A DNA stretch of 64,000 nt from an uncultured bacterium. Lineage in GTDB: Bacteria; Patescibacteriota; Minisyncoccia; Phycocordibacterales; GWA1-40-21. Each line of letters starts with the position of its first letter. The stretch's first letter is position 1. The notes beneath the pieces were generated by a model. That model did not search any database. It was not told where the DNA came from and worked only from the letters and a program-made list of their open reading frames with translations. The stretch spans positions 128,144 through 192,143 of the forward strand of contig CAILDB010000014.1 in NCBI GenBank assembly GCA_903832855.1, in the 5' to 3' direction. The position numbers were made by a program, and so were the translations under genes. Below, one piece after another: positions 62,163-64,000 of this stretch.

Positions 62163-63323
62163 ATGAAAATTTTTGAAAATTACCGATTGGATAACCTGAA
62201 TACTTTTAGAACTGGCGGAAAGGCCAGATTTTTTTGTATTATAAAAAGTGTTGATGATTTGAAAAAGGCTATTGATTTTACAAAGAAGAAAAAGCTAAAA
62301 AATTTTGTGCTTGGCGGAGGTTCAAATATATTAATTAGTGATGAAGGATTTGATGGGCTTGTGATAAAAAATGAAATTTTAGGAAAGTCTGTCATTGCGA
62401 GTGAAACGAAGCAATCTAAAGTGTCTGGAACTGGATTGCTTCGAGATTACTCTCGCAAAGACGAAGATGGTGAAAGAGAAATAGTTTGTTTTGGATCTGG
62501 AGAAAATTGGGACAAATGTGTTCTATCTAGTATAAAAAATAATTTATTTGGTTTAGAAAATCTTTCCTACATTCCCGGAACAGCGGGTGCATCGCCAGTG
62601 CAAAACATCGGAGCTTATGGTGTGGAAGCAAAAGATTTCATTTTCAAAGTGGAAGTGTTTGATACTGAAAGCGGGGAAGTTTTTGAAATGAAAAATAAAG
62701 AGTGTAAATTTTCTTACAGAAACAGTATTTTTAAAGTTAAAAAAAATTTGATAGTTACAAAAGTTTATTTTGCTTTGAATAAAAAATTTAAACCGGTTTT
62801 GACTTATGGTGGGGTGAAAGAAAAACTTGAAGAAACACGAGCGAGAATCTCTCCTACACAAAGTGCCCTAAAACGTCCCAAGTCCGGCCAGGGACGTTTT
62901 AAAGCACTTTGCTCCGGGGAGCTTCTCTCGGAGGTGACTGCTACGGATGTCAGAAATGCCGTGATTTTGATAAGAAAATCAAAGCTTCCGGAAGTTTCTG
63001 AGCTTGGTTCTGCCGGATCTTTTTTCAAAAATCCTGTTATAGAAAAAGAAAAGTTTGAAAAAATAAAAAAGAAGTATCCGGACATAAAGTTTTTTGAAGA
63101 AAACAATAAAATAAAAATTGCGCTTGGTTTTGTTCTAGATAAAATTTGCGGACTCAAAGGTTTTAGAAAAGGAAATGTCGGATTTTATGAAAAACAACCA
63201 CTTGTGATTGTAAATTACGGAAATGCAAACACAAAAGAAATTTTAGCGCTTGCAGAAATTGCAAAAAATAAAATAAAAGAAAAAATTGGAATAAAAATTG
63301 AAATGGAAGTTGAGAAAAAATAG
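62163..63323 (+). CDS. murB: UDP-N-acetylenolpyruvoylglucosamine reductase with two in-frame palindromic inserts
   Basis: GGGSN, IPGTAGASPVQNIGAYG, AGSFFKNP. Confidence 0.93.
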   Translation: MKIFENYRLDNLNTFRTGGKARFFCIIKSVDDLKKAIDFTKKKKLKNFVLGGGSNILISDEGFDGLVIKNEILGKSVIASETKQSKVSGTGLLRDYSRKDEDGEREIVCFGSGENWDKCVLSSIKNNLFGLENLSYIPGTAGASPVQNIGAYGVEAKDFIFKVEVFDTESGEVFEMKNKECKFSYRNSIFKVKKNLIVTKVYFALNKKFKPVLTYGGVKEKLEETRARISPTQSALKRPKSGQGRFKALCSGELLSEVTATDVRNAVILIRKSKLPEVSELGSAGSFFKNPVIEKEKFEKIKKKYPDIKFFEENNKIKIALGFVLDKICGLKGFRKGNVGFYEKQPLVIVNYGNANTKEILALAEIAKNKIKEKIGIKIEMEVEKK

Positions 63324-63490
63324 TTATCCACAGTTTAATTGTTTTTTTATTTGTATAATATTTTACAAGTAGTAAAATTATAGCAACCTCAGATTATTTT
63401 TTGAGTCGAAAAAATATCTGAAACTTTAATAAAAACAAAAAGTATAAATTTATTTTGAAAATTTATATTAAGTAATCTAAATCTAAAAAC

Positions 63491-63571
63491 ATGGCAAAGA
63501 AAAAAGCAAGAAAAGTAGCTAAGAAAGGAAAGAAAGCTGCTAAGAAGGGAAAAAAGAAAGGAAAGAGATAA
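63491..63571 (+). CDS. 26 aa Lys-rich peptide
   Basis: [26 protein letters not shown], followed by terminator at 63578-63609. Confidence 0.65.
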   Translation: MAKKKARKVAKKGKKAAKKGKKKGKR

Positions 63572-63731
63572 CCCTTTGAAAACCGCCCGCGTTTCGCGGG
63601 CGGTTTTTCGTTTCCTATTTTTGTGCTACCCCGTAGTAGATTTTGCCATTAAAAATTACTACTTTGTGAGTGCATTTAAAGTTTTTTTAAAAACGATGGC
63701 AAAATTCACTACGGGGTGCTATTATGTCCCT

Positions 63732-64000
63732 ATGTTTTTAGACAAAATATTCGGAAATAGACAAGACAAATATATGAAGACCCTCAAGCCGGTTGTGGAC
63801 AAAATCAATGCACTGGAGCCAGATTTTGCTAAATTGTCCGACGAGGAGCTGAAGGGAAAAACCTTGGAATTCAAAGACCGAATTGCCAAAGGTGAAACTC
63901 TGGACAACCTATTGCCCGAGGCTTTTGCCCTAGTTCGTGAAGCAGGAAAAAGAACTCTTCACCAGAGACACTTTGATGTCCAACTTATGGGTGGAATTAT
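63732..64000 (+). CDS. secA: SecA N-terminus (runs off the window)
   Basis: MFLDKIFG...[10 protein letters not shown]...[12 protein letters not shown]...[10 protein letters not shown]. Confidence 0.93.
   Translation, partial: MFLDKIFGNRQDKYMKTLKPVVDKINALEPDFAKLSDEELKGKTLEFKDRIAKGETLDNLLPEAFALVREAGKRTLHQRHFDVQLMGGI

Overview
Chromosomal segment of a low-GC Patescibacteria (CPR, probably Parcubacteria-like) genome. This assignment is inferred from the absence of uL30 between rpsE and rplO, intron-laden unlinked rRNA genes, a divergent 16S and two VirB4/TraD-like ATPases. Order of content: surface proteins; the S19-to-secY/adk/map ribosomal cluster with a NUDIX gene inserted; ATPase and ndk; a 23S rRNA split by five group I introns plus 5S and a degenerate 5S copy; rodA, pilin, secDF; a separate 16S with an atypical intron and no anti-Shine-Dalgarno tail; two tRNAs; murC, rsmI, murD; a surface-glycan locus; murB; start of secA. 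Most notable: (1) the L2593 intron carries a complete tRNA-Ala(GGC)-like gene and two other structured RNAs where its neighbours carry endonucleases; (2) four orphan gene cassettes have SD sites and terminators (three with clear promoters) although the 16S lacks an anti-SD; (3) several palindromic element families are inserted in-frame into essential genes and into rRNA; (4) an intron lies in the sarcin-ricin loop, and another intron's endonuclease ORF ends in the 23S exon; (5) a small-RNA-like unit is duplicated. All structure calls were made by eye, and rRNA ends are approximate.
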